A DNA stretch of 64,000 nucleotides, taken from the NCBI GenBank assembly GCA_041577335.1, contig JBFGJH010000010.1, forward strand, positions 1 through 64,000. The letters run 5' to 3'. Made by a program: the position numbers and the translations under genes. The DNA is from Acidimicrobiia bacterium (GTDB lineage: Bacteria; Actinomycetota; Acidimicrobiia; Spongiisociales; JAENVV01). Positions within the stretch are counted from its first letter, which is position 1; every line of letters begins with the position of its first letter. The notes beneath the pieces were generated by a model. The model worked only from the letters and a program-made list of their open reading frames with translations. It searched no databases and was not told the origin of the DNA. Of the stretch, positions 21,385-32,167 are shown piece by piece.

Positions 21385-22272
21385 ATGCAACCCGCCACTC
21401 GATTCATCGATCTCGCCGGCCGCACACATGTCGCCGACTACGGCGGGTCGGGCGAGCCGATCATCCTTGTGCACGGGCTGGGTGGCTACCATCAGAATTG
21501 GAATTCGCTCGCCGGCCCGCTCACGAATCTCGGTGCCGTCCATGCCCTCGACCTCGCCGGATTCGGGCTGTCGCCTCCAGAGGGCCGCAAGACGACGGTG
21601 ACCGCCAACGCCGACCTCGTCATGCGATTCGCTCGGCACGTCGCTGGAGACGCCCCCGTTACGCTGATCGGGAACTCGATGGGTGGGCTCATCTCCATCA
21701 TTGCCGCCTCGCGGCATCCTGCCGCAGTGGCGAGGCTGGTGCTCATAGACCCGGCACTGCCGGTCGACGTCACTCGATATGAGCCCATCGTGGCGATGAA
21801 CCTCGCCATCCCCACCTTGCCCGTGATTGGGCCGCAGTACCTCTCCCACCTCTGGAAAACCACCCCGGCCGAAGACCTCGTGCTCCGATCGCAGGAACTC
21901 ATCTATGCCGACACGTCGCGTTCCGATCCGCAGCGGACGGCCGAGGCGATCCAATTCGCCAAGGAACGCCGAAATCATGACTACGCCGCTCGGAGCTTTG
22001 CGCAAGCAGCTCGTTCCATCGCAGGGCTGAATCGAAGCCGGAAACGATTCACAGCGATTGCGTCCAGAGTCATGGCTCACACGCTCGTGATCCATGGCGA
22101 TCAAGACAGGCTGGTTCCGCTCGACTCAGCTCGATGGCTCACGGAGATTCGCCCGGACTGGCGGTTGGCGGAGCTGGTCGGGACCGGCCACGTTCCCATG
22201 CTCGAACAACCGAAGGAGACTTTCGAGGCCATCGCTGAATGGTGGGTCGAGCAGGCCTCGGAGGGGGCATGA
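21385..22272 (+). CDS. Alpha/beta-fold hydrolase
   Basis: VHGLGG, GNSMGG nucleophile elbow, [16 protein letters not shown]. Confidence 0.9.
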   Translation: MQPATRFIDLAGRTHVADYGGSGEPIILVHGLGGYHQNWNSLAGPLTNLGAVHALDLAGFGLSPPEGRKTTVTANADLVMRFARHVAGDAPVTLIGNSMGGLISIIAASRHPAAVARLVLIDPALPVDVTRYEPIVAMNLAIPTLPVIGPQYLSHLWKTTPAEDLVLRSQELIYADTSRSDPQRTAEAIQFAKERRNHDYAARSFAQAARSIAGLNRSRKRFTAIASRVMAHTLVIHGDQDRLVPLDSARWLTEIRPDWRLAELVGTGHVPMLEQPKETFEAIAEWWVEQASEGA

Positions 22273-23186
22273 CCGATCGGTTTCTGGAGTTCGATCACGA
22301 CGAATGGTCAGCCTTGCGCGCCTCGACCCCGCTGACCCTCGGGGAGGACGACCTTCAGAAACTGCGCGGCATCAACGAGCGGGTGTCACTCGACGAGGTT
22401 GCCAAGATCTATCTGCCGCTCTCACGGCTGCTCAATCTCTACGTCGCCGCGTCGCAGGCGCTGTATCAGGTCACCGACACGTTCCTCGGTAAACCCACCG
22501 CCAAGGTCCCCTACGTCATCGGGGTTGCCGGAAGCGTCGCCGTCGGCAAGAGCACTACATCTCGGGTCCTGCAGGCCCTGCTATCCCGTTGGCCCAACCA
22601 CCCGCAGGTCGACCTGGTCACGACCGACGGGTTCCTCTTCCCCAACGCCGAGCTACGAAAGCGTGGCCTCCTCGACCGCAAGGGCTTTCCAGAGAGCTAT
22701 GACGTGCGGGCGCTCCTCGGTTTCCTGGGAGACGTGAAATCCGGGGAGTCGGTGGTTGAAGTACCGGTCTACTCCCACGAGGCCTACGACATCGTCCCCG
22801 GGGTCACCACCGCCGTGCAACAGCCCGACATCGTCATCGTCGAAGGACTCAATGTTCTCCAGGCGGACACCGGCGGCAGCGTCTTCGTGTCGGACTTCTT
22901 CGACTTCGGGATATACGTGGATGCCAAAGAAGACGACGTGCGTCAGTGGTACATCGATCGATTCCTCACTCTGCGGGCCACGCTTTTTCGGAATCCTGGC
23001 TCCTACTTCCACAAATACGCGGCTCTCGATCACGACGCCGCCATCACCGAGGCGGGGAATATCTGGGATGCCATCAATGGTCCCAATCTCCGGGACAACA
23101 TCCGTCCGACCCGCGAGCGCGCCGACCTCATCCTCGAGAAGGCACGCGATCATTCTGTACGCCGCGTGCGTCTGCGCCGGCTGTGA
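22269..23186 (+). CDS. coaA: Type I pantothenate kinase
   Basis: [38 protein letters not shown]. Confidence 0.97.
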   Translation: MTDRFLEFDHDEWSALRASTPLTLGEDDLQKLRGINERVSLDEVAKIYLPLSRLLNLYVAASQALYQVTDTFLGKPTAKVPYVIGVAGSVAVGKSTTSRVLQALLSRWPNHPQVDLVTTDGFLFPNAELRKRGLLDRKGFPESYDVRALLGFLGDVKSGESVVEVPVYSHEAYDIVPGVTTAVQQPDIVIVEGLNVLQADTGGSVFVSDFFDFGIYVDAKEDDVRQWYIDRFLTLRATLFRNPGSYFHKYAALDHDAAITEAGNIWDAINGPNLRDNIRPTRERADLILEKARDHSVRRVRLRRL

Positions 23187-23734
23187 AACCAGACGTGGTT
23201 GCCTGGCTCCGCGAAAGTCTGGCCGAGTATGCCTTTCGTCACCCCGGCGAGTCTCCCGTCATCGACGAATTCTGGGAGCTCCTCGAACACGCCGACGACA
23301 TCACCGATCCTGCTCACTATCTCCCCGGCCACCTCACCTCGTCGGCATTCACGCTCGACCCCGAGGTGGGCTCGCTCCTCTTGGTCCACCATGAGAAGCT
23401 CGACCGGTGGCTCCAGCCAGGAGGGCACCTCGACGAGGGCGACGAATCGTTGGAGCGCGCAGCCGTGCGTGAGCTAGCCGAAGAGACGGGCGTGGCGGAC
23501 GTGGAGTCGCTCGGGCTCCTCGATCTCGATGTGCATGCGATACCCGAGCGAGGCGACGTTCCTGAACATCTCCACTACGACGTTCGTTTCGCGTTTCGTT
23601 CTCGCTCCTCGGTCATTCTGGCGCTCGACGGTGTTCGCGAGGCAGTGTGGGCGCGGCTCGATGGTCTCGATGAATTCGACACCGACGACAGCGTGTTGAG
23701 GGCTGCGGCAAAACTCCGCCGCCAGATCGGATAA
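23183..23734 (+). CDS. NUDIX hydrolase
   Basis: [21 protein letters not shown], Nudix box [21 protein letters not shown] overlaps coaA stop. Confidence 0.88.
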   Translation: MKPDVVAWLRESLAEYAFRHPGESPVIDEFWELLEHADDITDPAHYLPGHLTSSAFTLDPEVGSLLLVHHEKLDRWLQPGGHLDEGDESLERAAVRELAEETGVADVESLGLLDLDVHAIPERGDVPEHLHYDVRFAFRSRSSVILALDGVREAVWARLDGLDEFDTDDSVLRAAAKLRRQIG

Positions 23735-23744
23735 CCTCCTCGGA

Positions 23745-24266
23745 ATGCGAGACGTACTCCGAACGGCCTGGCGATGTGCATTGCTGGACCGCAACGCCTA
23801 TTCCGGGCTGTATTTCGACCAATACGCAACCGCTAACGCGGTCATCCTGGTCGCCGCCATCGGCGTGCTCGAGGCTTTGGTCATCGCATTCCGTAGCGGT
23901 ATCGCCTCCATCGTCTTGGTGGTGCTGTCGACCGTCATTTCTTCGCTCGCTGGTTGGGCGATCTCCACAGGGATTCTGTGGCTGGCGGCGACCAAGCTGT
24001 TCAACGGCGAAGGCAGGTTCGAACAAGCGCTGCGCATGACGGGCTACGCATGGCTCCCATTCATCATCTTGTCCTTTGGAGCATTGGGCCTCCTCATCAT
24101 CTTCTCCGACAACTTCAGCGCGTTGATCCTGGTGGCGCTGGTCTGGTACGGCGCCGGCCTCTACACGGTTGGCCAGGTCCTCTTCGAGCTCGAGAGCCGC
24201 AACGCAGTTGCGGCCGCCATCCTGGCGGCGGCTGGATGGCTGTTGGTTCGGTTTCTTCTGGGCTGA
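23745..24266 (+). CDS. Yip1-like membrane protein
   Basis: About 5 hydrophobic segments; LF.G.G.F...LR..GYA.LP pattern. Confidence 0.6.
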   Translation: MRDVLRTAWRCALLDRNAYSGLYFDQYATANAVILVAAIGVLEALVIAFRSGIASIVLVVLSTVISSLAGWAISTGILWLAATKLFNGEGRFEQALRMTGYAWLPFIILSFGALGLLIIFSDNFSALILVALVWYGAGLYTVGQVLFELESRNAVAAAILAAAGWLLVRFLLG

Positions 24267-24997
24267 TGCCGACGGTTCGGCTCGACCTGAGCTACGACGG
24301 AACCGACTTCCGGGGCTACGCAAAGCAACCGGACGTCCGGACGGTGCAAAGCGAGCTCGAGCGAGCGCTCGACCACAGGTTTGGACCGGTCGAGACCACC
24401 GTTGCCGGGAGAACCGACGCGGGCGTGCACGCGCGCCATCAGGTGGTGAGTTTCGTGGTCGACACGCCCGTTGACCTTGATGCGGCCCAGAGGTCGCTGA
24501 ACCGATTGCTGCCCGACGACATCGTCGTGACGGCCATCGCAACCGCCCCCGACGGATTCTCGGCCAGGTTCTCGGCGACAAGACGCCAGTACCGCTACGT
24601 CATCCTCAACCAACGGCTGCCTGACCCCTTTCTCCGAAGGGTGTCGTGGCACGTCGCAGACGACCTCGACGCGTTTGCCATGAACCAGGCCGCCCGCCTC
24701 ATGGTGGGTGAGCACGACTTCGCGTCGTTTTGTCGCAAAGCCCAAGGCCGCTCCACCGTTCGCACGGTCACTTCGGCGAAATGGACCGAGCCACAGGCGG
24801 CCGAGCTACGTTTCGAGATCGATGGCTCCTCGTTCTGTCATCAAATGGTGCGATCGATCGTCGCCTTGTGTGTGGACGTCGGACGGGGCCTCGTCGATGT
24901 GGACGACGTTGGCGCCATACGGGACGCCCGTGACCGGAATGAAGCTCGGGGAGCGGCTCCGCCCCATGGCCTCACCTTGTGGCACATCGAGTATTGA
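24266..24997 (+). CDS. truA: tRNA pseudouridine(38-40) synthase
   Basis: YDGTDF.G, AGRTDAGVHA, F.ARFSA..R.Y.Y, HQMVR, APPHGL. Confidence 0.97.
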   Translation: MPTVRLDLSYDGTDFRGYAKQPDVRTVQSELERALDHRFGPVETTVAGRTDAGVHARHQVVSFVVDTPVDLDAAQRSLNRLLPDDIVVTAIATAPDGFSARFSATRRQYRYVILNQRLPDPFLRRVSWHVADDLDAFAMNQAARLMVGEHDFASFCRKAQGRSTVRTVTSAKWTEPQAAELRFEIDGSSFCHQMVRSIVALCVDVGRGLVDVDDVGAIRDARDRNEARGAAPPHGLTLWHIEY

Positions 24998-25108
24998 CCA
25001 GACGATCGGCAAGGCCTTTGGTCCCTTCTGGAGCTTCCGTGTTGCTCTCCCTGGCAAATCGCCGAGTCGCTAGGTTCAGAAGACGGACTCACACCAGGAG
25101 TATCACGC

Positions 25109-27052
25109 GTGTCAGAAGCAATTGAGAACCTACTGCAGGAATCCCGGACCTTCGCTCCGGCCCCCTCCTTCACCGCTCAAGCCAACGCTCAGCCGGGCAT
25201 TCATGAAGAGGCTGCCGACGATTATCTGGCCTTTTGGAAGCGACAGGCGCTCGAGCGGATCTCATGGTTCAAGGAGCCGACCATTGTTCTCGACGACTCG
25301 AATCCCCCTTTCTTCAAGTGGTTCTCCGATGGCGAGCTCAACATCTCCTACAACTGTCTCGATCGCCACCTCGCCACGAATGGCGACAAAGTGGCCTACC
25401 ACTGGGTCGGTGAGCCAGGGGACACGCGCACCCTCACCTATCGCGACCTCGCACATGAAGTGAACCGATTCGCCAACGGCCTGAAGAGCCTCGGCGTCGG
25501 GAAGGGCGATCGCGTCGCCATCTACATGGGAATGATTCCCGAGCTGCCAATCGCAATGCTGGCATGCGCACGGATTGGGGCGCCCCACTCCGTGGTGTTT
25601 GGTGGTTTCTCGTCCGATGCCCTTGCCGACCGCATCATCGACGCCGAAGCGAGTGTCGTCGTGACGCAAGACGGCTCATGGCGTGCCGGCAACGTGGTGC
25701 CCCTCAAGGCCAACACCGACATCGCTCTCGAGCGTTGTCCATCGATCCGGCATTCGATTGTGGTGAAACGAACTGAACAGGACGTCGTCATGGCAGACGG
25801 ACGTGACGTGTGGTGGCACGACCTGATCGAAGGCCAGCCCACTGCGCTGGAGCCCGAGGTCATGAACGCAGAAGACCTCCTGTACATCCTGTACACGTCA
25901 GGAACAACGGGAAAGCCCAAAGGCATCGTCCACACGCAAGGTGGCTACCTGACTGGAATCACCACGACTCACAGCTACGTGTTCGACATCAAGCCGGACG
26001 ATGTGTACTGGTGCGCCGCCGATATCGGGTGGGTGACCGGTCATTCCTACATCGTGTATGGCCCGCTCGCCAACGGAGCCACCGGTGTCATGTACGAAGG
26101 AGCACCCAACTTCCCCGAGCTCGACCGGTTGTGGTCGATCATCGACGAATACGGCGTGACCATCTTCTACACAGCGCCGACCGCAATTCGGGCTTTCATG
26201 AAATGGGGAGACCAGTATCCGGACGGCCACGACCTGTCGACGCTCCGGTTACTCGGCACCGTTGGGGAACCAATCAATCCAGAAGCCTGGATGTGGTACC
26301 ACCTGCACATCGGCCGAGAGAACTGTCCGATCGTCGACACGTGGTGGCAGACCGAGACGGGAGCGATCATGATCACCCCCCTCCCCGGCGTCACCACAAC
26401 CAAGCCCGGATCGGCGACGTTGCCCTTCCCAGGGATCGATGCAGACGTCGTGGACAAAGACGGCAATTCGGTACCGCTCGGTGGGGGAGGCTTCCTGGTC
26501 CTCAACCAGCCGTGGCCGTCGATGCTCCGCACCATCTATGGAGATGACCAGAGGTACATCGACACGTACTGGGGGAAGTTCCCCGGTCGATATCTGGCCG
26601 GCGACGGCTGCAAACGCGATGAAGAAGGGTACTTCTGGCTGTTGGGGCGGACCGACGACGTGATGCTTGTCTCGGGGCACAACATATCCACCACGGAGGT
26701 CGAGTCTGCTCTCGTCTCGCATCCATCCGTTGCAGAGGCAGCAGTGGTCGGCCGCAAGGATGAGCTCACGGGTCAGGCGATCGCTGCCTTCGTCACATTG
26801 CGCGGCGATGTCGAGGGCGATGCCGCACTCATCGAAGAGCTGCGGGACCATGTCGCGGCGTCGATCGGCCCCATAGCCAAGCCCAAGAGCATCGTCTTCA
26901 CGGCCGATCTCCCCAAGACTCGGTCAGGCAAGATCATGCGGCGCCTGCTGCGTGACATTTCGGAAAAACGCCAGCTCGGTGATGTGACGACGCTGGCCAA
27001 CGCCGACATCGTCCAAGAGATCACCGACAAGTCATCTGCCTCGAGCGACTGA
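25109..27052 (+). CDS. acs: Acetyl-CoA synthetase
   Basis: [31 protein letters not shown]. Confidence 0.97.
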   Translation: MSEAIENLLQESRTFAPAPSFTAQANAQPGIHEEAADDYLAFWKRQALERISWFKEPTIVLDDSNPPFFKWFSDGELNISYNCLDRHLATNGDKVAYHWVGEPGDTRTLTYRDLAHEVNRFANGLKSLGVGKGDRVAIYMGMIPELPIAMLACARIGAPHSVVFGGFSSDALADRIIDAEASVVVTQDGSWRAGNVVPLKANTDIALERCPSIRHSIVVKRTEQDVVMADGRDVWWHDLIEGQPTALEPEVMNAEDLLYILYTSGTTGKPKGIVHTQGGYLTGITTTHSYVFDIKPDDVYWCAADIGWVTGHSYIVYGPLANGATGVMYEGAPNFPELDRLWSIIDEYGVTIFYTAPTAIRAFMKWGDQYPDGHDLSTLRLLGTVGEPINPEAWMWYHLHIGRENCPIVDTWWQTETGAIMITPLPGVTTTKPGSATLPFPGIDADVVDKDGNSVPLGGGGFLVLNQPWPSMLRTIYGDDQRYIDTYWGKFPGRYLAGDGCKRDEEGYFWLLGRTDDVMLVSGHNISTTEVESALVSHPSVAEAAVVGRKDELTGQAIAAFVTLRGDVEGDAALIEELRDHVAASIGPIAKPKSIVFTADLPKTRSGKIMRRLLRDISEKRQLGDVTTLANADIVQEITDKSSASSD

Positions 27053-27156
27053 TCCGCTGCGACCAACCGACATCTGGCGCGCCCGTGGCGTCAACCGACG
27101 CGGGCGTCGCAAGGACGCTCACAGGCGTTGGCGGCGTGCGGTCGTAGACTGCTCGC

Positions 27157-27855
27157 ATGCGTGCGGTGACCGGTTGTATCGTCCTTCTTGTAGCGCTCGT
27201 CGCGTGTGGGGATGATCCAACCGAGCCCGCTGCGATGCCCGCACAGGTCATGGATCAGGTCGCCGAAGCGATTGGCTCGACGGATTCGCTCCAGTTCCAG
27301 ATCTCTGTCGAGGGACCTGGCGTCGAGCTCGAAGAAGGTGTTGCGCTCGAGCAGCTCACCGGCGTCTACGCCGCGCCCGACTCGGCCAGCACAGAAGCCC
27401 GCGTCGGAGTCCTCGGGCTCAATGCCAGCATCGATATCGTGACAATCGGCGACCGAGCCTGGCAGAAGGCCCCACTGGAGACCGAGTACACCGAGCTCGG
27501 TCCAGGCCAGGCGCCCTTCTCGGCATCCGAGCTATTCGCTCCTGACGGAATACCGGCGATCTTGAGGGATGGCATCGGCGGCGTTGCCCGCGCAGCAGAA
27601 CCGGCCCCCGCTCTCGAGGCATTCCCCGGCGAGGCGTACGACGTGATCACGGGCACCATCGTCGGAACACGCATCGACGAGCTGACGAGCGGATTGGTGC
27701 GCTCCGAGGGTGCTGCCGTCACCGTGTTCGTCAACGACGGCGAGGCTCGACGGATTGTGATCGTAGAGGCAGGAGAAGGCCGCAACGTGTGGACGATTGA
27801 TGCGTGGGCTTACGGCGAACCGGTCTCGGTGACGCCGCCACCCGGCTTCGAATGA
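27157..27855 (+). CDS. LppX/LprAFG-like lipoprotein
   Basis: Lipobox LVAC; size and C-terminal YGEPVSVTPP resemble LppX/LprG fold; coupled to downstream MFS. Confidence 0.6.
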   Translation: MRAVTGCIVLLVALVACGDDPTEPAAMPAQVMDQVAEAIGSTDSLQFQISVEGPGVELEEGVALEQLTGVYAAPDSASTEARVGVLGLNASIDIVTIGDRAWQKAPLETEYTELGPGQAPFSASELFAPDGIPAILRDGIGGVARAAEPAPALEAFPGEAYDVITGTIVGTRIDELTSGLVRSEGAAVTVFVNDGEARRIVIVEAGEGRNVWTIDAWAYGEPVSVTPPPGFE

Positions 27856-29261
27856 CAGAACGGCATTGGCTGTACCTCGGCGTCGGGCTGCCCGTGCTGC
27901 TCGGTGCGTTGGATCTGACGGTGATTTCTGCAGTACTCCCGGTGATCATCGGTGACCTCGATTTGGTGGTGCCCGACGGGGTTAGACAGGCTTCGTGGCT
28001 GGTCATCGGATATCTCGTCGCGTATGCGATTGGAATCGTCGGCGGAGGAAGGCTGGGCGACCGCTACGGATCGCGGCGAGTCCTCGTTTGGGCTGTGACC
28101 CTTTTTGGAGTTGCTTCAGCCGGGTTGATCCTCCTGGATGCGGCCTCGGTGCGCGTTGTGCAGCAGATCGCGTATCGCGGATTTGAGGCGAGGCCGGATC
28201 CAGGCGTGACTGCCTTGGCTGTTTTGACCGGTTGGCGGGTCCTCCAGGCGCTTGGGGCGGGCGCAGTCGTCCCCGCCGGCATGGCGTTTGGTTGGAAGAG
28301 GTTGCGCAGCAGATCGTGGCTCGGTTTCGTCGCTGCCGTGGACCTGCTCGGATGGACGTTTGGCCACCTCTACGGTGGCATCGTCGTACGTTTCTTCGAT
28401 TGGCCGGTGGCCTTCTGGCTGAATGTCCCGGCAGCCGTCATCGCGATCGTCGTACTGACAAAGATCCCGGCCGATCCCGCCGGCACCAAGGCGTTTCCGT
28501 GGGGCTCCTTTGGGCTCGTGTCGGTCGGCCTCGCTGGGCTCATCGTCGGAATGGGCGGCGCCGAAGGTGCCAGCCTCCCGGTGCGGCCCGCCTACCTCTT
28601 GGGCGGCGCAGGCGTGTTGGCATGGGGGTTGCGAATCGGGCGGCATTCGCTCCTGCCATGGTCCGACATGAAGGCCAACCGGCCGGCCCTCGTCGCCAAC
28701 GTGGCAGTCGGCTACGTTGTGTTTCTGTTGCTTGCCGCAGTTCCGATATTCGTTTCCGTTCTCGTCGAATCCGACTCGGACATGGCTGCGTGGACGACCG
28801 GGTGGACCATGACCGCCTTTACCGTGCCACTGGCCGCCTCGGCGCTGATTGGTGGGAAATGGGCCACGAGATCGGTGCTCGCTGCCGGGCTGGTCGCTGC
28901 GACCGTGGGCCTGCTGTTGTTGGCGACGTGGCAGCCGAATGTGCCGGCGATGCTGCCGGCGCTGGTGCTTTCGGGCGTCGGCCTCGGATGGCTCTTCGCC
29001 CCACTCGCCGAAGCTCCGTTGCGAGACGCCCGGGATGAGACAGCGGGCGCGGTCTCTTCGATCATCATCCTGCTCCGTCTAATCGGGATGGCAGCGGGGT
29101 CGTCGATACTGACGAGTTTCGTGCTGGTTGGGATCGCCGACCTCGATGTGTCGTCGGGTGTCACTGATGCAGTTCTGGATGTGTTCCACAACGTGCCGTG
29201 GATCGCCCTGCCTGCCATGCTCCTCCTCCTGCCGGCGTTGACCCTCCGCACCCAGGACTGA
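27852..29261 (+). CDS. MFS transporter (DHA2-like)
   Basis: [19 protein letters not shown] motif A, R.LQALGAG, FWLNVP. Confidence 0.9.
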   Translation: MTERHWLYLGVGLPVLLGALDLTVISAVLPVIIGDLDLVVPDGVRQASWLVIGYLVAYAIGIVGGGRLGDRYGSRRVLVWAVTLFGVASAGLILLDAASVRVVQQIAYRGFEARPDPGVTALAVLTGWRVLQALGAGAVVPAGMAFGWKRLRSRSWLGFVAAVDLLGWTFGHLYGGIVVRFFDWPVAFWLNVPAAVIAIVVLTKIPADPAGTKAFPWGSFGLVSVGLAGLIVGMGGAEGASLPVRPAYLLGGAGVLAWGLRIGRHSLLPWSDMKANRPALVANVAVGYVVFLLLAAVPIFVSVLVESDSDMAAWTTGWTMTAFTVPLAASALIGGKWATRSVLAAGLVAATVGLLLLATWQPNVPAMLPALVLSGVGLGWLFAPLAEAPLRDARDETAGAVSSIIILLRLIGMAAGSSILTSFVLVGIADLDVSSGVTDAVLDVFHNVPWIALPAMLLLLPALTLRTQD

Positions 29262-29262
29262 T

Positions 29263-29292
29263 TTGTCTGACGGCCTCGGTGTCGCCTACCAT
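29263..29292 (+). promoter_or_regulatory. Candidate rplM-rpsI promoter
   Basis: TTGTCT-18-TACCAT. Confidence 0.45.
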
Positions 29293-29373
29293 TACCCGGC
29301 TTCGCGACCGCGAGGCATACCCCGATCCAGGTTCTTTTTCGTCCGCTCAGCCATCGAGTCAAGAGGTTCACAA

Positions 29374-29832
29374 GTGCGATTGCAGAAGACGTTTTCGCCC
29401 AATCCAACTGCAGTCGAGCGCCGATGGCTCGTTGTCGACGCAGCGGGCCTTCCGCTTGGGCGGCTTGCCTCGGAGACCGCCAAGATCCTGAGGGGCAAGC
29501 ACAAGCCAACGTACGCGCCGCACGTCGACGTTGGCGACTACGTCATCATCGTGAATGCCGCCGATGTGCAGGTCACTTCGGGGAAATCGGCATCGAAGAT
29601 CTATTACCGCCATTCGGGCTTCCCGGGAGGCTTGAAAGAAGAATCGTTCGAAGATCTCCAGAAGCGGCATCCCGAGCAAATCGTCGAACGGGCCGTGAAG
29701 GGAATGCTCCCCAAGAACCGGCTCGGCCGCAAGATGGGCAGCAAGCTCAAGGTGTACGCAGGCCCAGATCATCCTCATGCCGCTCAGGGCCCTGTGCCGC
29801 TCGATCTCGATATTCGGAAAGTGGAGGCTTGA
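29374..29832 (+). CDS. rplM: 50S ribosomal protein L13
   Basis: [37 protein letters not shown]; start GTG 29374 or TTG 29380. Confidence 0.97.
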   Translation: MRLQKTFSPNPTAVERRWLVVDAAGLPLGRLASETAKILRGKHKPTYAPHVDVGDYVIIVNAADVQVTSGKSASKIYYRHSGFPGGLKEESFEDLQKRHPEQIVERAVKGMLPKNRLGRKMGSKLKVYAGPDHPHAAQGPVPLDLDIRKVEA

Positions 29833-30230
29833 TGGCCAACGTGAAACCGCTGGTGCAGTCGACCGGCCGCCGGAAAGAATCGGTGGCTCGCGTTCGGCTC
29901 TACGACGGGACCGGGGCCATCGTCCTGAACGACCGGCCCTTCGAGGCGTATTTCCCGACCATGTCGCAGCGAGCCCGCGTGCTCGAGCCGCTTCGCGTTG
30001 CCGAGCGTGAAGGCCGCTACGACATCAAAGCGCAAGTCGACGGTGGTGGGACCACTGGCCAAGCCGACGCTATTCGCCTCGGCATTGCCCGAGCGCTGAT
30101 CGAGCTCGATCCTGAGTTGCGCCCGCTCCTGAAGAAGGAAGGGCTGCTCACGAGGGACTCGCGCAAGGTCGAGCGCAAGAAATACGGGCTTCGCAAGGCC
30201 CGTCGGGCACCGCAGTACACCAAGCGCTAG
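29832..30230 (+). CDS. rpsI: 30S ribosomal protein S9
   Basis: TGRRK.SVARV, GGG..GQA.AIR.GIARAL, ERKKYGL.KAR.APQY.KR. Confidence 0.99.
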   Translation: MANVKPLVQSTGRRKESVARVRLYDGTGAIVLNDRPFEAYFPTMSQRARVLEPLRVAEREGRYDIKAQVDGGGTTGQADAIRLGIARALIELDPELRPLLKKEGLLTRDSRKVERKKYGLRKARRAPQYTKR

Positions 30231-30241
30231 CCGGCCGATCG

Positions 30242-31573
30242 ATGGGCTCCTTCGGCTCGCGTCTCTTTGGCACCGACGGAGTGAGAGGCGAAGCCAACAG
30301 CCGTCTCACACCAGACCTCGCGCTGGCACTTGGCCGTGCCACCGGTGAGGGCATGAACCAGGGACCCGTGCTGGTCGGCCGGGATACCCGCCGTTCCGGT
30401 GAGATGCTCTCGCTGGCTTTTCAAGCCGGTCTCCATTCCGTGGGTATCGACACACTCGATGTGGGCGTGCTCCCGGCGGGCGGGATCGCCTGGTCTACCG
30501 AGCAGACCGGGGCCACCATGGGTGCCGTGATCAGTGCTTCCCATAATCCGGCTCCTGACAATGGAATAAAGCTCCTCGACCGTCGCGGGCAGAAACTCTC
30601 GGACCTGGCCGAGGGGGCGATCGAGAGACGCCTCGGAGAGGGGCCTCCATGGAGAACCCCGATCGGCCCTCTGGTTGGCACCCGGATGCCTCATGACACG
30701 GCAGCCGAGGGGTACGTCGAGTTTCTTCGCCAGCAATCCACGTACTCGCTGCGAGGAGTGGAGGTCGCTCTTGACTGCGCCAACGGTGCGGCGTTCGCAG
30801 TGGCGCCTGTGCTCTTCGAGCGCCTCAAGGCCGATGCGCGGGTGTTTGGGGCAACGCCTGACGGAACCAACATCAACGAAGGGGTGGGGGCGACCAACCC
30901 CGAATACCTCGCTCGACACGCCAAAGGTCGCATTGGGCTCTGTTTCGATGGCGATGCCGATCGGCTGATCGCCGTCGACGAAGACGGCCGCGTTGCCAAC
31001 GGCGATGTGATCATGGCCATCATCGCTCGACATCTCAAGACCCAGGACAAGCTCAGGCAGAACATCATCGTGGGCACCGTGATGGCCAACCTGGGCTTCC
31101 GGAAGGCCATGGAAGAACTGGACATCGAATTCGTCGCCACCCAGGTGGGCGATCGATATGTCCTCGAGACGATGAAGGAGATTGGAGCTGGGCTGGGTGG
31201 GGAGCAGTCAGGCCATGTCATCTTTCTGGACTCGGCTCCTGGCGGTGACGGTCTCCTGACCGCCGTGAAGCTCATGGATGTGGTCGCCTCGTCCGGAAAG
31301 CAACTGCGACAACTCCGACAGGAAGTCATCACCGAATACCCGCAGGTGCTCAAGAACGTCCGAGTTGGAGACACATCCGGACTCGACGATGCGCGCGCAC
31401 TGTGGGAGGCAGTCGCAGAAGCCGAACGCTCCATGGATGGAGACGGCAGAGTGCTCGTCCGGGCTTCAGGCACTGAGCCTCTTATCCGGGTGATGGTGGA
31501 AGCCGCCACCGTCGACACCGCCAACAGCATCGCCGATCAGCTCGTGGCAGTCACCGAGCGCACGTTTCGTTGA
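30242..31573 (+). CDS. glmM: Phosphoglucosamine mutase
   Basis: FGTDGVRG, ISASHNP, FDGDADR, GGEQSGH, RASGTEP. Confidence 0.97.
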   Translation: MGSFGSRLFGTDGVRGEANSRLTPDLALALGRATGEGMNQGPVLVGRDTRRSGEMLSLAFQAGLHSVGIDTLDVGVLPAGGIAWSTEQTGATMGAVISASHNPAPDNGIKLLDRRGQKLSDLAEGAIERRLGEGPPWRTPIGPLVGTRMPHDTAAEGYVEFLRQQSTYSLRGVEVALDCANGAAFAVAPVLFERLKADARVFGATPDGTNINEGVGATNPEYLARHAKGRIGLCFDGDADRLIAVDEDGRVANGDVIMAIIARHLKTQDKLRQNIIVGTVMANLGFRKAMEELDIEFVATQVGDRYVLETMKEIGAGLGGEQSGHVIFLDSAPGGDGLLTAVKLMDVVASSGKQLRQLRQEVITEYPQVLKNVRVGDTSGLDDARALWEAVAEAERSMDGDGRVLVRASGTEPLIRVMVEAATVDTANSIADQLVAVTERTFR

Positions 31574-31582
31574 CTCAGCCTC

Positions 31583-31966
31583 TCAGGCGGGATCGTCACC
31601 GGCGACTGCGATCGCAAACACCATGGCCTGAGTATCCGTGTGGGTGATCGAAACCTCGACATGGGTCACTCCAAGCATGCGGGCCCGGGTCGCAGCAGTG
31701 CCGGTCATCTTGACCGTCGGTTTGCCGCCTCCGGTGATCTCGACATCCTTCCAACGGACGCGCCGCCAACCTGTTCCCATTGATTTCATGACAGCTTCCT
31801 TGCCGGCGAATCGGGCAGCCAACCTGCGGGCCGGCTTCGCAAAGCGAAACGCGTATTCGCGCTCATGATCGGTGAAGCACCGATGTGCGAATTTCGGGTA
31901 CTTCTCCAAGACGCGCTCAACACGGTCGATATCCGCCAAATCAACGCCAACGCCAACGATGTCCAT
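31583..31966 (-). CDS. acpS: Holo-ACP synthase
   Basis: GVGVDL..IDR, LAARFAGKEA..K, VSITHT. Confidence 0.95.
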   Translation of the reverse strand: MDIVGVGVDLADIDRVERVLEKYPKFAHRCFTDHEREYAFRFAKPARRLAARFAGKEAVMKSMGTGWRRVRWKDVEITGGGKPTVKMTGTAATRARMLGVTHVEVSITHTDTQAMVFAIAVAGDDPA

Positions 31967-32074
31967 GCAGAGACTCTATTCATGGTCGACCGACTTTGGG
32001 CCTCCCTCTGTCACCTCCTCCAGCGAGCGAAGCGAGCGGCGGTTGCGGAGCAACCGCGACGCAATGCCATCCAA

Positions 32075-32116
32075 GTCATGGGTCTTGGGTCATGGGTCAT
32101 GCGTCATGAGTCATGA
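32075..32116. repeat. Six tandem heptamers (GTCATGG consensus)
   Basis: GTCATGG GTCTTGG GTCATGG GTCATGC GTCATGA GTCATGA. Confidence 0.85.
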
Positions 32117-32167
32117 GTTTCAACCAGGCCGAGCGCCGAAGGCGCGGGGCCTCTCTAGCATTGACAT

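Noticed and set aside
29293..29373. L13-type ribosomal leader
   Set aside because: Only one short hairpin is visible; not enough to call without comparative data
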